From assembly GCA_964016885.1 (NCBI GenBank), contig OZ024756.1:19344001-19408000 (forward strand): a stretch of DNA of 64,000 nucleotides. Reading direction: 5' to 3'. The notes under the pieces are model-generated. The model was not told the origin of the DNA. It made no database searches and worked only from the letters and a program-made list of their open reading frames with translations. Made by a program: the position numbers and the translations under genes. This document shows, in pieces, positions 12,771 to 27,082 of this stretch. How positions within the stretch are numbered: position 1 is the stretch's first letter; every line of letters begins with the position of its first letter. The DNA comes from Eledone cirrhosa. Its lineage: Eukaryota.

Positions 12771-13707
12771 TAGATACACCTAGAACAAACACAAAGTAAT
12801 CACTGAATGTTCCCATACGTAAACAATACACTTCGAAAATAAAGCCAACAATAAACAAGACACCCAGTGGATAAGACCCTCACATACCAAACTCATAACT
12901 GATACATTCATTAACGAGTCCTGTCCAGGGGGATGTCTTGTACTCTCAGTTGCTTAATGCCACGGAAACCAGAATAAGCCTGATGAGTCTCTAGGCTTGA
13001 GACAGATTTAGAATTTTAGGAATCAATGTGATTGACTAAAACCCTTGAATATGGTGTCACATCATGGCAACAGCCAAGAGACCAAAATCAGTTAAAGAAG
13101 AAAAGAGTACAGAGAGAAAGACAAGTATGCTAGCCTGCAAATATAACTTGTGTATATACAAATACACTAAGTTTATTTATATTGTCTTATAGTCATAGGC
13201 AGCAAATTTGGCAGAGTTTTTAGAATGTTGGGTAGAATGTTTTATGGTATTTGTTTTTGCTCTCTGTTCTCTGACTTCAAATCCTGTCGAGGTTAACTTT
13301 GCCTTTCATCCATTTGAGGTTGATAGAAAAGTACCAGTTTAGTACTGGGGTCAATTCTTCCTCTATAATTTTCTCACTTCCTCTCTATCACATCCTTTCT
13401 CTGGAAGAAATCTACTGTATTCTTGTACTCTCAGTCGCTCCTGGAGCGGAGAAGGGGTCTGCCGGGTTTTAAAATGCCCTAGAAAAGCAGGATGCCAATA
13501 TGGCGCCCCTACAACTCTCTCAGGAGTTATGGCTACATACATACATGGATACACACGAATGTACAAACATGCATGCATGCATGCATGCATGCATACATGC
13601 ATGCATGCATACATGCATACATACATACATACTGCAGTATATTCTTGACCAGATTTTGTAAAATTACTCTAAAACTATCCCTATTTTCTCTCTCATCAAT
13701 GTTGCAG

Positions 13708-13866
13708 CTTGTGAAAGGCTTCTTAAAGTTGCTTTTGGAGTTTATCAAGGCTAATGGTCCCAGCCTTGAAGCATCGTTCAAATCTGTTGATAAATCTAAA
13801 AGTGGCTACCTTTGCTTAGAGAGAACGATGCAGTGTTTGGAGAAGACAGGATTCTATATACCTTTG
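13708..13866 (+). CDS. LRRC74-like exon with EF-hand-like loop: LVKGFLKLLLEFIKANGPSLEASFKSVDKSKSGYLCLERTMQCLEKTGFYIPL
   Basis: TTGCAG acceptor and GTAAGA donor, phase 0-0. F..VDKSKSGYL is an EF-hand-type loop. Confidence 0.85.
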
Positions 13867-13974
13867 GTAAGAGAAATAAAATAAAACCCTTTGAAGAGAT
13901 GAGATACTATTATAGTACATGAAGCATTGGGCAATGTGGTGGTAAAATTTTGTTTTAAGAAATCCAGTGAAGGA

Positions 13975-14210
13975 ATATAGCCTTATGGCTAGGATTTCTG
14001 GACAGGCTGCTGTGTTGTGTTATTGAACAAAACACGTAATTTTATGTTGCTCCAGTACACTCAGCTGAGAGTAAGTACTAATGATAGCTGAGGAGTTAAA
14101 CCTGCAATAGACTGGCATCCTGTCTAGGGAGAATATTGTACTCTCAGTCGCCTAATGCCAAGGAAACTGGAGATAAGCTCCAGCCTGATGAGCCTTTGAC
14201 TTAGACCAGT
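13975..14210 (+). mobile_element. Deu/Nin-domain-type SINE
   Basis: GCTCCAGTACACTCAGCTG...GACTGGCATCCTGTC...GGAAACTGGAGATAAGCTCCAGCCTGATGAGCC. Relatives at ~12918-13010, ~14400-14660 and 57840-58440(-). Confidence 0.65.
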
Positions 14211-15207
14211 GCAATGCAAGTTAGAAATAAAAAAAATGAAAACTGGAGTAAAAATGTAGACTTTTGCAACCCCTGTCATGGTCTCTTAACTCTCATTCAG
14301 GAAACATCTGAACAGGTAGAGGTGTCTAGATCTCTCAAAACCACTGGTAATGCATGGATAAGTCAAATTATTATTACATATTATTACAACTTCCACAGTG
14401 ATATGTTTTTTTAGTGGTAAAGGTGTTGGACTTACAATCATTATGTTGTGGGTTTGATTCCTGGGCTGGGTTGTGTGTTGTGTTCTTGAGCAAAAAAACA
14501 CTTCATTTCAGTATACTCATTTGAAAATGAATACCAGCAGCAATAGCTGGGGGTTTAACCCTCCGATGGACTGGAGTCCTGTCCAGAGTGGAGTCTTGTA
14601 CTCTCAGTCACTTCAAACCATGAAACCAAGATAAGTACCAGCCTGGCAAGCCTCCTGGTTTCTGATTTAGGCACAAGACAAGGCCAACAATTTTGAGGGA
14701 GGGAAGGAGGGGAAAGTCAATTAAATCGATCTCAATGCATTACTGGTACTTTATTTTATTGACTCCACAAGAATGAGAGGCGAAGCTAACTTCAGCAGAA
14801 TTTGGACTCAGAACATAAAGGGCCATAACTATGTTGCAAAACATGGTGTCCAATGCTCTGCCATTTACTGCCAACCCACTGCCTTTGTATGGTATATATT
14901 GATATCAGGTTAGGGATAGATTCAGTTTTACATGAAAAAATATCCAGTATAGAACTTAGTCTTTAATCCTTTAGGATTTACATTACTCTATATTTACTAT
15001 TAGATTTTCATGGTAAAGGCTTTACCTCACATGATATCGAATCTATGAGATTTTTATATTATTTATTTTGAGAACAATACTTTAACATCAGTATGAGTGG
15101 TCGGTTACAGCCGGTTTGAACAGAAAGAGGTGAGAGAATTCAGGCCAGATACAGCTGGTTTATAAGTTAAAGTTTTAAATGAAAGAAAACCTCACTTTTT
15201 TTTTCAG

Positions 15208-15269
15208 AAATCTATGAAAGAACTTATAAAGAAGTTGGCAAAGGAAAACATACAGAAAATACCATACAG
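15208..15269 (+). CDS. LRRC74-like exon: KSMKELIKKLAKENIQKIPY
   Basis: Poly-T-CAG acceptor and AG|GTAGTT donor, phase 0-2. Degenerate second EF-hand helix. Confidence 0.75.
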
Positions 15270-15494
15270 GTAGTTGAGGACACCTTGTCTGTGATTCCTT
15301 ATTTTCTGTTTTAATTGTGTAATGTTTCACAAACCATATGGACTCTCACACACAACAGATATGAGAAAGTTTAACTCTTTTGTTACAATATTTCTAAAAG
15401 AGAAAAGACACTCTTTTACTGGTTTGAGTCATAAGCGAGTAGACAAACAAGGTTTTCTTATTAGAACAAGCAGCACAGTAGCCAATGAAATATA

Positions 15495-15529
<35 letters not shown>

Positions 15530-15638
15530 ACTCTGGATGATAATGTTTACCTTTTTGATCCATTGAGTGCTTTGTGATTGCCTCACAAAACTAGATTCAT
15601 ACACGCTATATGGCAGCTACAACTGTGATTCATACCCA

Positions 15639-15677
<39 letters not shown>

Positions 15678-15744
15678 CATACACCTTGTTCAAGGCAGCT
15701 GTCCTGCTCTGTGGTGACACAAGAATAGATTTAGTCTGAACTTG

Positions 15745-17646
15745 TCAATCCTGGTGTATAAATGATACACGACAGAACATATCGTCAGGGGTCTCCAATT
15801 GGAAAAATCCATTGGGCCGTCCATCTTCTTGCGAATCAGGACTGATCTTCCAAGTTTCAAGATATCGGGTACTCTCCCGGCTAGCAGCAAACAGTTAAAT
15901 AGGTTCACGAGAGTCGCAGAGTCAATTGCGCGTACCTGTTGGAGCGTGATTCCATCGGGACCCGGAGCCGAATGCAGACTCATACATCTGCGCGCACCTA
16001 CAACTTCGGACATGGTGAACGGACGCAAAAGCGGGACGTTGTTCACCACAGCCGTTGCAGGATACGCGCTAAGATCCACATCTGGTCCTGGGATGGAAAA
16101 CCTGTCTTCGTAGGCAGACTCAATGTCCGCCATCGAAACAGGACACACCCCCTGCTTCTCCTCCCCTAGTATTACCGTAAGGAGCTTCTTCCTATCGCGG
16201 TCGTATAAAAACTGGTAGCGAGCTTAGAGCGCTCTCTTTTCACTCTTTCTGCCAGCTTTCCTATAGGGCCTTTTAGATTTACTCTTTTTCCGTAATTTCC
16301 GTGATTTGACTCGCCTCCTGCTCGAGCCCATGTTGTCTAACCATCCATCGACACATTCCACGAACGCATCCCAGTTCTCGTTCGTGATCTCATCACAAAA
16401 TGTGTTGAGACACTCCGCGAACGCAGCGGCCCATCGAGAGCGACTTGGCTCCGCCGCATCGCCGAACGAGTTCCTCCACTCGGAATTGGAGACCGTTCCA
16501 CTCACCTGGCTAGGCGGACGTATCTCTATCGATTCGCTAGTGCAGGTAGGGGACTGTTTACAGCGTTTCTTCCTGTTCAGATCGCTCCTCTTCGAATTGA
16601 TCTGTTTCACGGTCTTTCCGGGCAAGGAAAGAAGCGATCTCTATATTGACACAACGACATCCCGCTCTAAGAAGCTCCCCCTCTTTTTCAAGAAGGATCG
16701 CCACTTCCTCCTCAGACCAACATCCACGGCCAACACGAATGTGGGAATATGCAGCCGCCTCGCGCGAGGCGGCTGCCACACGAGAAGCACGCTTCCTCCC
16801 GATCTCTTCAGCGTGCTTCGCAATCCTGTGGCGATTGGCAACCACAGGATGGCGATATCTCTCGTGCTGCAATCTTCCAGCGACCGTACGGAAAGCATGG
16901 TCGCATTCCACACATTTATGGACAAGGTCCGAGTTGGCGGGCATATCGTCCCATCTCCTGCCCATACATCGGCCAGAGTGCACCTTGAGCGAATGAAGGT
17001 GACAACTCTCCCTACCACATTTGCTACACCTGTAAACTGCTTTCCGCCCATGACGGCGAAGCAAATGCTCCGTCCAACCAGATGGGCCAGAGAAGTGGCG
17101 CGGACAGTGAGAGCAAGACAACATTACACTCTCACAAGGAATTTCAAGACAATCCTCCCCCACCACCGGTGGCACAACTTCGCAGACAGAGTCCACGGGG
17201 TCCCGCACCAACTGCGAGGGCAGTTGCTTGCCTCTCAAGACCAAAGCACGAGTCCCGTACTCCAGAGTAAATCCATCGGGGGTATCCCTACGAATTGTTA
17301 TCATTGGTAACTGATTCATTCGGTGGGTCAAATCCAGCGAGCCGGCTCATTGCCAGCCCTTGGAGGTGGTTGCCATTTGCCACAGCGGGCATTTACAGAA
17401 TGCTGTGACAGGCCGGAGGGGCCCATCCCAACCCCTCCAGTTGCTGGCTTTTTGGCTCCCAGCTGCCGTATGGATACAGTAAATTTATTCATCATTCATT
17501 TGGCGCCTTTTTGTTCGTCCTCATGTGGCTGACCAACCGAGAATGGTAAAATCTGCCGAGTCAACAATAACCACCGCAAAAAAAAAGAAAAAAAAAGGGG
17601 GGGGGGGGGTAAAGCTGCCTCTCTCGTACAGCTCAGCCATCTTTTC
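15745..17646 (-). mobile_element. 5' half of an R2-like (R2-A architecture) retrotransposon, pseudogenised
   Basis: Three N-terminal zinc fingers (CSHC..H..H, CSKC..H..C, CVEC..H..H), a Myb domain (WSEEEVAILL...PGKTVKQI..KR), *ARYQFLY, and RT motifs SAPGPDGIT and NWRPLTICSV. Frameshift at ~16620 and stop at 16224. The rest of the RT and the RLE are missing. Confidence 0.85.
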
Positions 17647-17685
<39 letters not shown>

Positions 17686-18089
17686 TATATATATACATAC
17701 ATACATACAAGAAAATTCAATTGAATTAGTAACTTTGCTATATTTTTTTTTACTACAGAAAATAGTCTATTACAAAGCATATAAGCCCCTTGTACAGAAA
17801 AAAATGGCATCAGTGTGCCCATTTTTTTTGTTCTAGGGACCTATACACTATTGTGAATTAGAGTATTTTCTATATGGGTGATGAGAGGAGGAGAGTCATG
17901 TGATGTAGGAGTGTCATAAGGTCAGCCAGTTCCAAGCAGATGACATGTAGCAACCATAGAAATGTGGACAAGAAGCTTTCATCATTTTATATATATATAT
18001 AGAACCATATGTTAAGTTATTATTCTTAGTAATCAAATATTTATCATTCTATTGGTATTATGTAACCTAGTACAATCTGCTTCATGGTC

Positions 18090-18330
18090 AAATAGTCGGT
18101 GACTATATATATACATACATACACGTGTGTGTATGTGTATGTGTGAAAATGTTGTATATTTAAAGATATACAGTATGTTTAATAAATAAACATTTTGAAA
18201 ACCTCAGCTATGAATAAAGATTGGAGGTTAACTGAGGCTTTCAAAATGTTTATTTTTTAAACATACTGTATATCTTTAGATATACGAAATTCACATACAT
18301 ATTTGTATACAGCTATGTCGAAGCTAAATT
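18090..18330. repeat. Foldback inverted repeat, ~100-bp imperfect arms
   Basis: GTATATTTAAAGATATACAGTATGTTTAA..AAATAAACATTTTGAAAACCTCAG pairs with CTGAGGCTTTCAAAATGTTTATTTT..AAACATACTGTATATCTTTAGATATAC. Confidence 0.8.
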
Positions 18331-18357
18331 CTAATTTTATATATATATATATATATA

Positions 18358-18783
18358 TGTGCATGGGCAGCAACCGCAGAGGATATGCGACGGCTGGAGA
18401 GAAATGAGGCAAGCATGCTCCGTTGGATGTGCAGTGTAAATGTGCATGAACAACCCAGCATAAATGTGTTGAGAGAGATACTGTGTCTGAGAGGGATAGA
18501 ATGTAGTGTACGGGAGAGGAGACTGAGGTGGTATGGACATGTGATGCGCATGGAGGATGACCGATGGGTGAAGAAGTGCCAGGAAATGCCATTTGAAGGA
18601 AGACGTGGTAGAGGTAGACCACAAAAAACATGGGCAGAGGTGGTGAGAACAGACCTCAGATCATTGAAGCTCACGGTGGAGATGACGAGGGACCGTGACG
18701 AGTGGAGAGATGCTGTGCTGAATAAGACCCGTCCCACCCTTGCAAGCAGGGAAAAGCGGACGTAAAATGATGATGATGATGAT
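18358..18783 (+). mobile_element. 3' fragment of a second RTE subfamily
   Basis: RRLERNEASMLRWMC...RLRWYGHVMRM...RGRGRPQKTW, then a (GAT)n tail. 5' end lies in (TA)n. Confidence 0.85.
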
Positions 18784-18965
18784 GTATGTATACTTACATT
18801 TATGTATCAGCTGCGCTAGGGTGAGAAATAAAATTCTACTTTTATCTTTAATTTTCGGCAAGGCCAGCTGTAACTCGCTCAGTATGCAAGTAATCTACTC
18901 AGCCGATGTATACTTAAGAAAATACTATATATTTTCAACCGTTCAAATCATTGGCAGAGAGGTAT

Positions 18966-19008
18966 ACAATCCTGACGAAGAGTAATGACCCAGAAACATG
19001 CTGATTGT
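18966..19008 (+). ncRNA. Degenerate minimal type-I hammerhead ribozyme motif
   Basis: Stem I ACAATC/GATTGT, core CTGACGA, stem II GAGT-AATG-ACCC (one mismatch), GAAA, palindromic CATG. The cleavage triplet is mutated to GCT. Confidence 0.55.
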
Positions 19009-19367
19009 TCCTCATAGCTAGTGTTGAACAAACAGACAACGATCGGTCACTGGCACGGCACAGCTTTAAACCGGGTCGTTTGTTTACAAATGAATCGAAC
19101 ATTATGATTATATGTTCGATATACATATGTATATATGTGTGTGTGTGTGTGTGTGTATATATATGTCTGTGTGTGTGTGCGTATATATATATATGTGTGT
19201 GTGTGTGTGCATATCGATATATGTATGTGTGTGTGCATATGTATATATGTGTGTGTGCATATGTATATATGTGTGTGTGCGTGCGTATCATCATCATCAT
19301 CATCATCAGGTTTAGCGTCCGTGTTCCACGCTTGCATGGGTTTGGACGGGGGTTTTCCCACTTGAGG

Positions 19368-19401
<34 letters not shown>

Positions 19402-19515
19402 CATATCGATATATGTATGTGTGTGTGTGCATATCGATATATGTATGTGTGTGTGCATATGGATGGACGTGTGTGTGTGTGTGTGTGTATATATATGTCT
19501 GTGTGTGTGTGTGCG

Positions 19516-19553
<38 letters not shown>

Positions 19554-19762
19554 CATATCGATATATGTATGTGTGTGTGTGCATATGGATGGATGTGTGT
19601 GTGTGTGTGTGTCGTGTTGAGTATGGCTAAACCCCTGACATGACCTAAACTAAACAGAAAGTAGTAGGGGTCAACAAGGGAGGAGTTCCTCCAGCAGGTG
19701 TGAGAAGGTCTTGGATTGGATTGGATATGAATCTCTTACTTGTGCTATTTTATCTCCCTATT

Positions 19763-20012
19763 ATATCATGACTCATACACTGTTCATTTTCCTGACATTT
19801 GTACATTATTCTATGTACTATACATGCACCTTTGATGAGTTGTAGTGCACCTGAGCACTGTACACAATATTTCATTATTATTGTTATATCATGACTCATA
19901 CACTGTTCATTTTCCTGACATTTGTACATTATTCTATGTACTATACATGCACCTTTGATGAGTTGTAGTGCACCTGAGCACTGTACACAATAATTTCATT
20001 ATTATTATTATT
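19763..20012 (+). mobile_element. Tandem pair of CR1-type 3' tails
   Basis: Two copies of ...GAGTTGTAGTGCACCTGAGCACTGTACACAATA..TTCATTATTATT, matching the tail at ~63400-63517. Confidence 0.8.
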
Positions 20013-20016
20013 ACAG

Positions 20017-20086
20017 TATTTTCTTTGATGACACCATACATAAAATCCTCTTGGCTCACAAACGACGCCTTAAGCGGTTCGCACAG
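20017..20086 (+). CDS. Probable LRRC74-like exon: (S)IFFDDTIHKILLAHKRRLKRFAQ
   Basis: TTACAG acceptor and CAG|GTGAGC donor. Phase 2 continues exon 15208-15269. Read-through would stop at 20104. Confidence 0.6.
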
Positions 20087-20928
20087 GTGAGCAGATACCT
20101 CTGAAACTAACCGCAATCTTAAATAATGGACTTGCATATAACATATGTATTATATATATATATAAATGTTTATAAATGCACATGTATTATGTATATATGT
20201 ATTATATTCAAATTTACCAAAAAACAACAACAACAAAACCAATCAAATATACTGTAATTATGAACTCCGAGAAAAACCAAAGAAATTGCTCAAGAATAAG
20301 ATAGAGATATAGAGACAGACAACAGAAGATTATTACCGAAGCTGGCGAGAGAATATCTACGATGGAAAAAGATTGATAGAGACTACAAGATCCTTACAGA
20401 AGCTGGTGTCTGAAGATATTGGACAAAAGATCTTTATAGAAACTGGTAATAGAATATGTGTGAAGAAAAGAGATATAGAATATAGAGGGTCTTTACAGAA
20501 GCTGATATCAGAAATACTGTGAAGAGAGATAGACAATATATCTTTACAGAAGATCCTTACTCTTTATGTAGTAAATTAACTATTGACATCCTGTACCACA
20601 TGAAACCACATTAGCAAGCCCTTCCTGAGGAGTACAAAAAAGCGCTATAACTACATCACATTAAAAATTAAAGTTTCTATTCTAATACTGCAAATTTTCA
20701 CAATGATCTGTCCATTAGTAAAGATACTATAAACATTTGAATTAAGAAATTACATGAAACCATATTGACAAGACATTCTTGGAAAGTAAAAAATCAGCAT
20801 CTATGACTGCCTCATATCAAAAATTAAAGTTGTTATTTACTCTAATACAACAAACAATCTTTGTCCACTAGTAAAGATACTATTATGTAAACATTCAAAT
20901 TAACAAACCAACCAAAACTCGTTTTTAG

Positions 20929-21027
20929 ATATTTTCTGCTGAATCATTACAGGATGTAAAGATTTTAAAAGAATCTTGCTCTGATGATTTGCTGGTTTCT
21001 CAAAAATTCTTAACACTGCAAATATAA
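20929..21027 (+). CDS. Candidate terminal exon: IFSAESLQDVKILKESCSDDLLVSQKFLTLQI*
   Basis: TTTTTAG acceptor, open phase-0 frame to TAA, AATAAA at ~21201. No homology support. Confidence 0.4.
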   Translation: MFSAESLQDVKILKESCSDDLLVSQKFLTLQI

Positions 21028-21340
21028 AGTTTCAAGGAAACATTTATCGATATATGAGTAACTATATTTTTTTTTAAAAATGTAGATTGTGTTTTTTCTT
21101 TTGTAAATTTTTTAAAGTTTCAAGTATTTAAAATATGATTTCAATATTTTGAAGATTTATTTTTGTCATTAGATAAATATAAATAGAAGAAAAAATAGTT
21201 AATAAAAATAATAAATATATTTGTAACAAGTTGTTTTATTAAAGGAGAGCTGTTTATATTTTAAATGTGCCTCAATAACAATTTCAGATTTGTGTGTTGC
21301 ATTTGTTAGTCTGTTGAATAGGTATGTGTGTATGTGTGTG

Positions 21341-21375
<35 letters not shown>

Positions 21376-21521
21376 ATGTATGTATGTGAGTTAAGTATTT
21401 CCGTAAAAAAGGTAAAGGAAAAAAGAGCACTGTGTATAGTACAGAGCTATTTATAATTATTCCATTACCCAAGGTTTCACAAAATAATTATATTGTGTTG
21501 TTTATTATATAATTAAATAAA

Positions 21522-21653
21522 TATACATACATACATACATACACATATATATACATACATACATATATACATACATATATATATATATATATACACATAC
21601 ATATATACACATACATATATACACATACATATATACATACATACATACATACA

Positions 21654-21689
<36 letters not shown>

Positions 21690-22068
21690 TATATATACAC
21701 ATACATATATACATACATATATATATATATATATACACATACATATATACACATACATATATACACATATATACACATATATATATACATATATACATAC
21801 ATATATACACATACATACATATATACACATACATACACATACATACATATATACACATACATACACATACATACATATATACACATACACACATATATAC
21901 ACATACACACATATACACACATACATACATACATATGTATACATATATACATATACATATATATATACACATACATATATATATATACATATATATACAT
22001 ATACATATATATACATACATATATATATACATACATATATATACACATACATATATATACATACATAC

Positions 22069-22105
<37 letters not shown>

Positions 22106-22541
22106 CATACATATATATATACATACATATATATATACATACATATATACACATATATATATACACATATATACACATATATATATACACATACACATAT
22201 ATATATACACATACACATATATATATACACATACACATATATATATACATATACACATATATATATACATATACACATATATATATACATATATATATAC
22301 ATACATATATATATACATACATATATATATACATACATATATATATACATACATATATATATACATACATATATATATACATACATATATATATACATAC
22401 ATATATATATATACATATATATATATACATACATATATATATATACATACATACATATATACATACATATATATATACATACATATATACATACATATAT
22501 ACATACATATATATATACATACATATATATATACATACATA

Positions 22542-22577
<36 letters not shown>

Positions 22578-22682
22578 CATACATATATATATACATACAT
22601 ATATATATACATACATATATATATACATACATATATATGCATATATATATATACATACATATATATATACATACATATATAT
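21522..22682. repeat. (TA)nCA/(CATA)n microsatellite field, block 1
   Basis: Almost pure A/T/C on the + strand. Confidence 0.97.
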
Positions 22683-22749
22683 GCATGATGGCTGCCCCCT
22701 CGTTATCGAGTATGGCCATTGCACAATAAAAAAAAAAAAAAAAAAAAAA

Positions 22750-22846
<97 letters not shown>

Positions 22847-22925
22847 GCAATAATAATAATAACGACAACAACAATAATAATATACATATTCATATATATA
22901 TACACACACACGCACGCACATAAGC

Positions 22926-22963
<38 letters not shown>

Positions 22964-25307
22964 GATAGCAACTAACAGTGCTGCGATCGAATGTGGCTTT
23001 TTAGCCCAGCCAATGATCCAAAATGTCTTGCACAGAGTCGGCAACCAAAACATTTACTGGGAATAGTCGGCTGTGGTTGGAGTGCGTGTACTTTTGCATG
23101 TCGCTTGAGTCCTCCTGCTGATTTACATTCTCTACCACATGTTTGGCAAGCATGATGAGTAGCATCTCCAACAGCAGCCTGGTAGTCAACCACTGGTCTT
23201 ACTTTATGACTGCGAAGATGACTTTCGAGTCCAGCTTTGCTTAGGCAGAGTCTCGCACAGACGCTGCATGTCAGAAACATAGGAGGACCCTCGCCGTCTG
23301 GAAGTGCAACAGCAATACCCTTCCTCACGTCCCGCTTTACTTTCTCGTGTGCGATTCGAGATGCCTCAAAGGCAACTTTTCCCTCATATACAGTCTTTCT
23401 CCATTTATTACGATCAGCAGCAATATTTTCCCATGTATCAGCAGAGATGTTAGCGTCTTTCAGAGAGGCCTTCAAGGAATCCTTATACCTCTTTTTTGGT
23501 TTATGTGGCGGTCGTTTTCCTTTAACCAACTCTCCATAGAAGAGTTGTTTTGGTATTCTAGAATCCTTCATCCTGGCAAGGTGACCACTCCAACGGAGTC
23601 GCTGCTTAAGCACAAGAGCTTCTATACTGTCACACATAGAGCTTTCCAAAATCTCGACATCACTGATGTGGTCCCTCCAGCGAACGCCATGTATCCGTCT
23701 GAGACACATCTGATGGAAACGCTCCAATTGCTTAAGGTGGCGTCGATATGTGACCCAGGTCTCGCAGGCATAAAGAAGACAAGAGAGTACACATGCCCTG
23801 TACACCTTTACCTTTGTCCTCCTGCATATGTCTCGCCGACCCCAGAGTCGCCTTTCTAGCTTTCCGAAAGCATCACTTGCTTTCCTAATCCTAAGTGAGA
23901 TTTCACTGTCAAGGTTGCCGTATCGATTGACAGTGCTTCCCAGGTAGACAAACTGATCAACCACTCCAAGTCGTTTGCCATACACATAGATGTTTGGTTC
24001 AGTGTACTGCCTACCAGGTGCAGGTTGGTACATGACGACGGTTTTCTTGAGACTGACAGTCAAACCCAGGGCAGTGCAAGCGTCAGAAAATACATTCAAA
24101 ATGTGCTGCATATCACTCTCTGTGTGCGCTACAAGATCGCAATCATCTGCATACAAGAGATCTCTTATGACTGATGTAAATACTTTTGTCTTCGCAGCAA
24201 AGCGCCTGATGTTAAATATGCTGCCTGAGGTTCGATATCGGATGTAAACACCATGCTCGCAATTCCTGAATGCAACACAGAAAACCATTGCAAAGTATAT
24301 GGCAAACAGGGTCGGTGCTGGAATATCCCCCTGTTTCACTCCATTTTTTACTGAGATAGGCTCCGACATGTTACCTCCGACATTAACCCAAGCCTTCATG
24401 TCGTCATGGAAAGACCTAACTAAAGCAAGGAACTTATCAGGGCAACCAAGTTTCTGGAGAACCTTCCATAATGCATCTCTGTTGACAGTATCGAAAGCCT
24501 TTGTCAGATCGACAAAAACCTGATCCAAGCCCTGTTCAATGCACTTCTCCTGGAGCTGTCTAGCTGAGAAGATCATATCAGTAGTGCCGCGTCCAACACG
24601 AAAACCAGATTGACTTTCAGGAAGGACACAATCTGCAATGTGTGTCAGCAGACGGTCCAGAAGCACCCTACATAAAACTTTCCCCACGACAGAAAGCAAT
24701 GATATACCTCTGTAGTTCCCACAATCATTCCTGTTACCCCTTCCCTTGTACAAGACCACCATTACTGCATCTCTCCAGTCCTCAGGCACGGATTCATTAG
24801 CCCATATCCCTCCAAACAGAGAGTGAAGATGTTGCAGGAGTCTCTCACCACCATATTGTAGGAGCTCAGCATGTATGCCATCCATACCTGGAGATCTTCC
24901 ACTGTTCAGCTTCGAAATAGCCACTGCAACCTCCACAAGTGTCGGAGGCTCTGCGAGAGCTACTTTCACAGGACTTTCCGGAATGAGATTGAGGAAATCT
25001 TCACTGACGACAGACGGCTGATTCAAAAGATCATCAAAGTGCTCCCGCCACCTTCGTAGAATTCCCTGTGAGTCACGAAGAAGCTCTTTGCCATCCCTGC
25101 TGCGAATCGGTGTCACCAGAGAAGAAGACGGTCCATAAACCTCACGCAAGAGACTGTACAACAGCTTTGTGTTATTGCAATCAGACGCAGTTTGTATCTC
25201 ACCAGCCTTCTCACTCCACCACTGATCCTTCATCTGAGAAAGACTCCGCCTAACACGTGATTTTACATCCCTGAGCTCCTCATGCAACGTATTCCTCTCC
25301 TGTGGTC
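22683..25307 (-). mobile_element. 5'-truncated RTE (BovB-like) LINE with open RT and three C-terminal C2H2 zinc fingers
   Basis: Open frame from ~25306 to the stop at 22972: [55 protein letters not shown], then CSVC..H..H, CQTC..H..H and CRLC..H...H. The 3'UTR has (TG)n and (TTA)n and ends GGCCATACTCGATAACGAGGGGCAGCCATCATG. Confidence 0.93.

Positions 25308-27082
<1,775 letters not shown>

Noticed and set aside
14160-14200. GAAAC...CTGATGAG as a hammerhead (also ~12965-12995)
   Set aside because: It is part of the Nin/Deu-type SINE tail. There is no stem I or NUH in the required topology.
16306-17310. 334-aa + strand ORF
   Set aside because: Antisense shadow of the GC-richer R2-like ORF, with no recognisable motifs.
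17500-17646. HDV-like ribozyme at the R2 5' end
   Set aside because: GGCTGA/TCAGCC pairing exists, but no convincing P3/L3, P1.1 or catalytic J4/2 could be laid out by eye.
17837-17861. Alternative terminal exon (R)DLYTIVN* of the LRR gene
   Set aside because: Phase-compatible but very short and unsupported. The 20017 exon looks more coding-like.
20280-20570. Purine-rich stretch with a recurring TACAGAAGCTG motif as a possible exon
   Set aside because: No long open frame in the ORF track and no clear splice sites.
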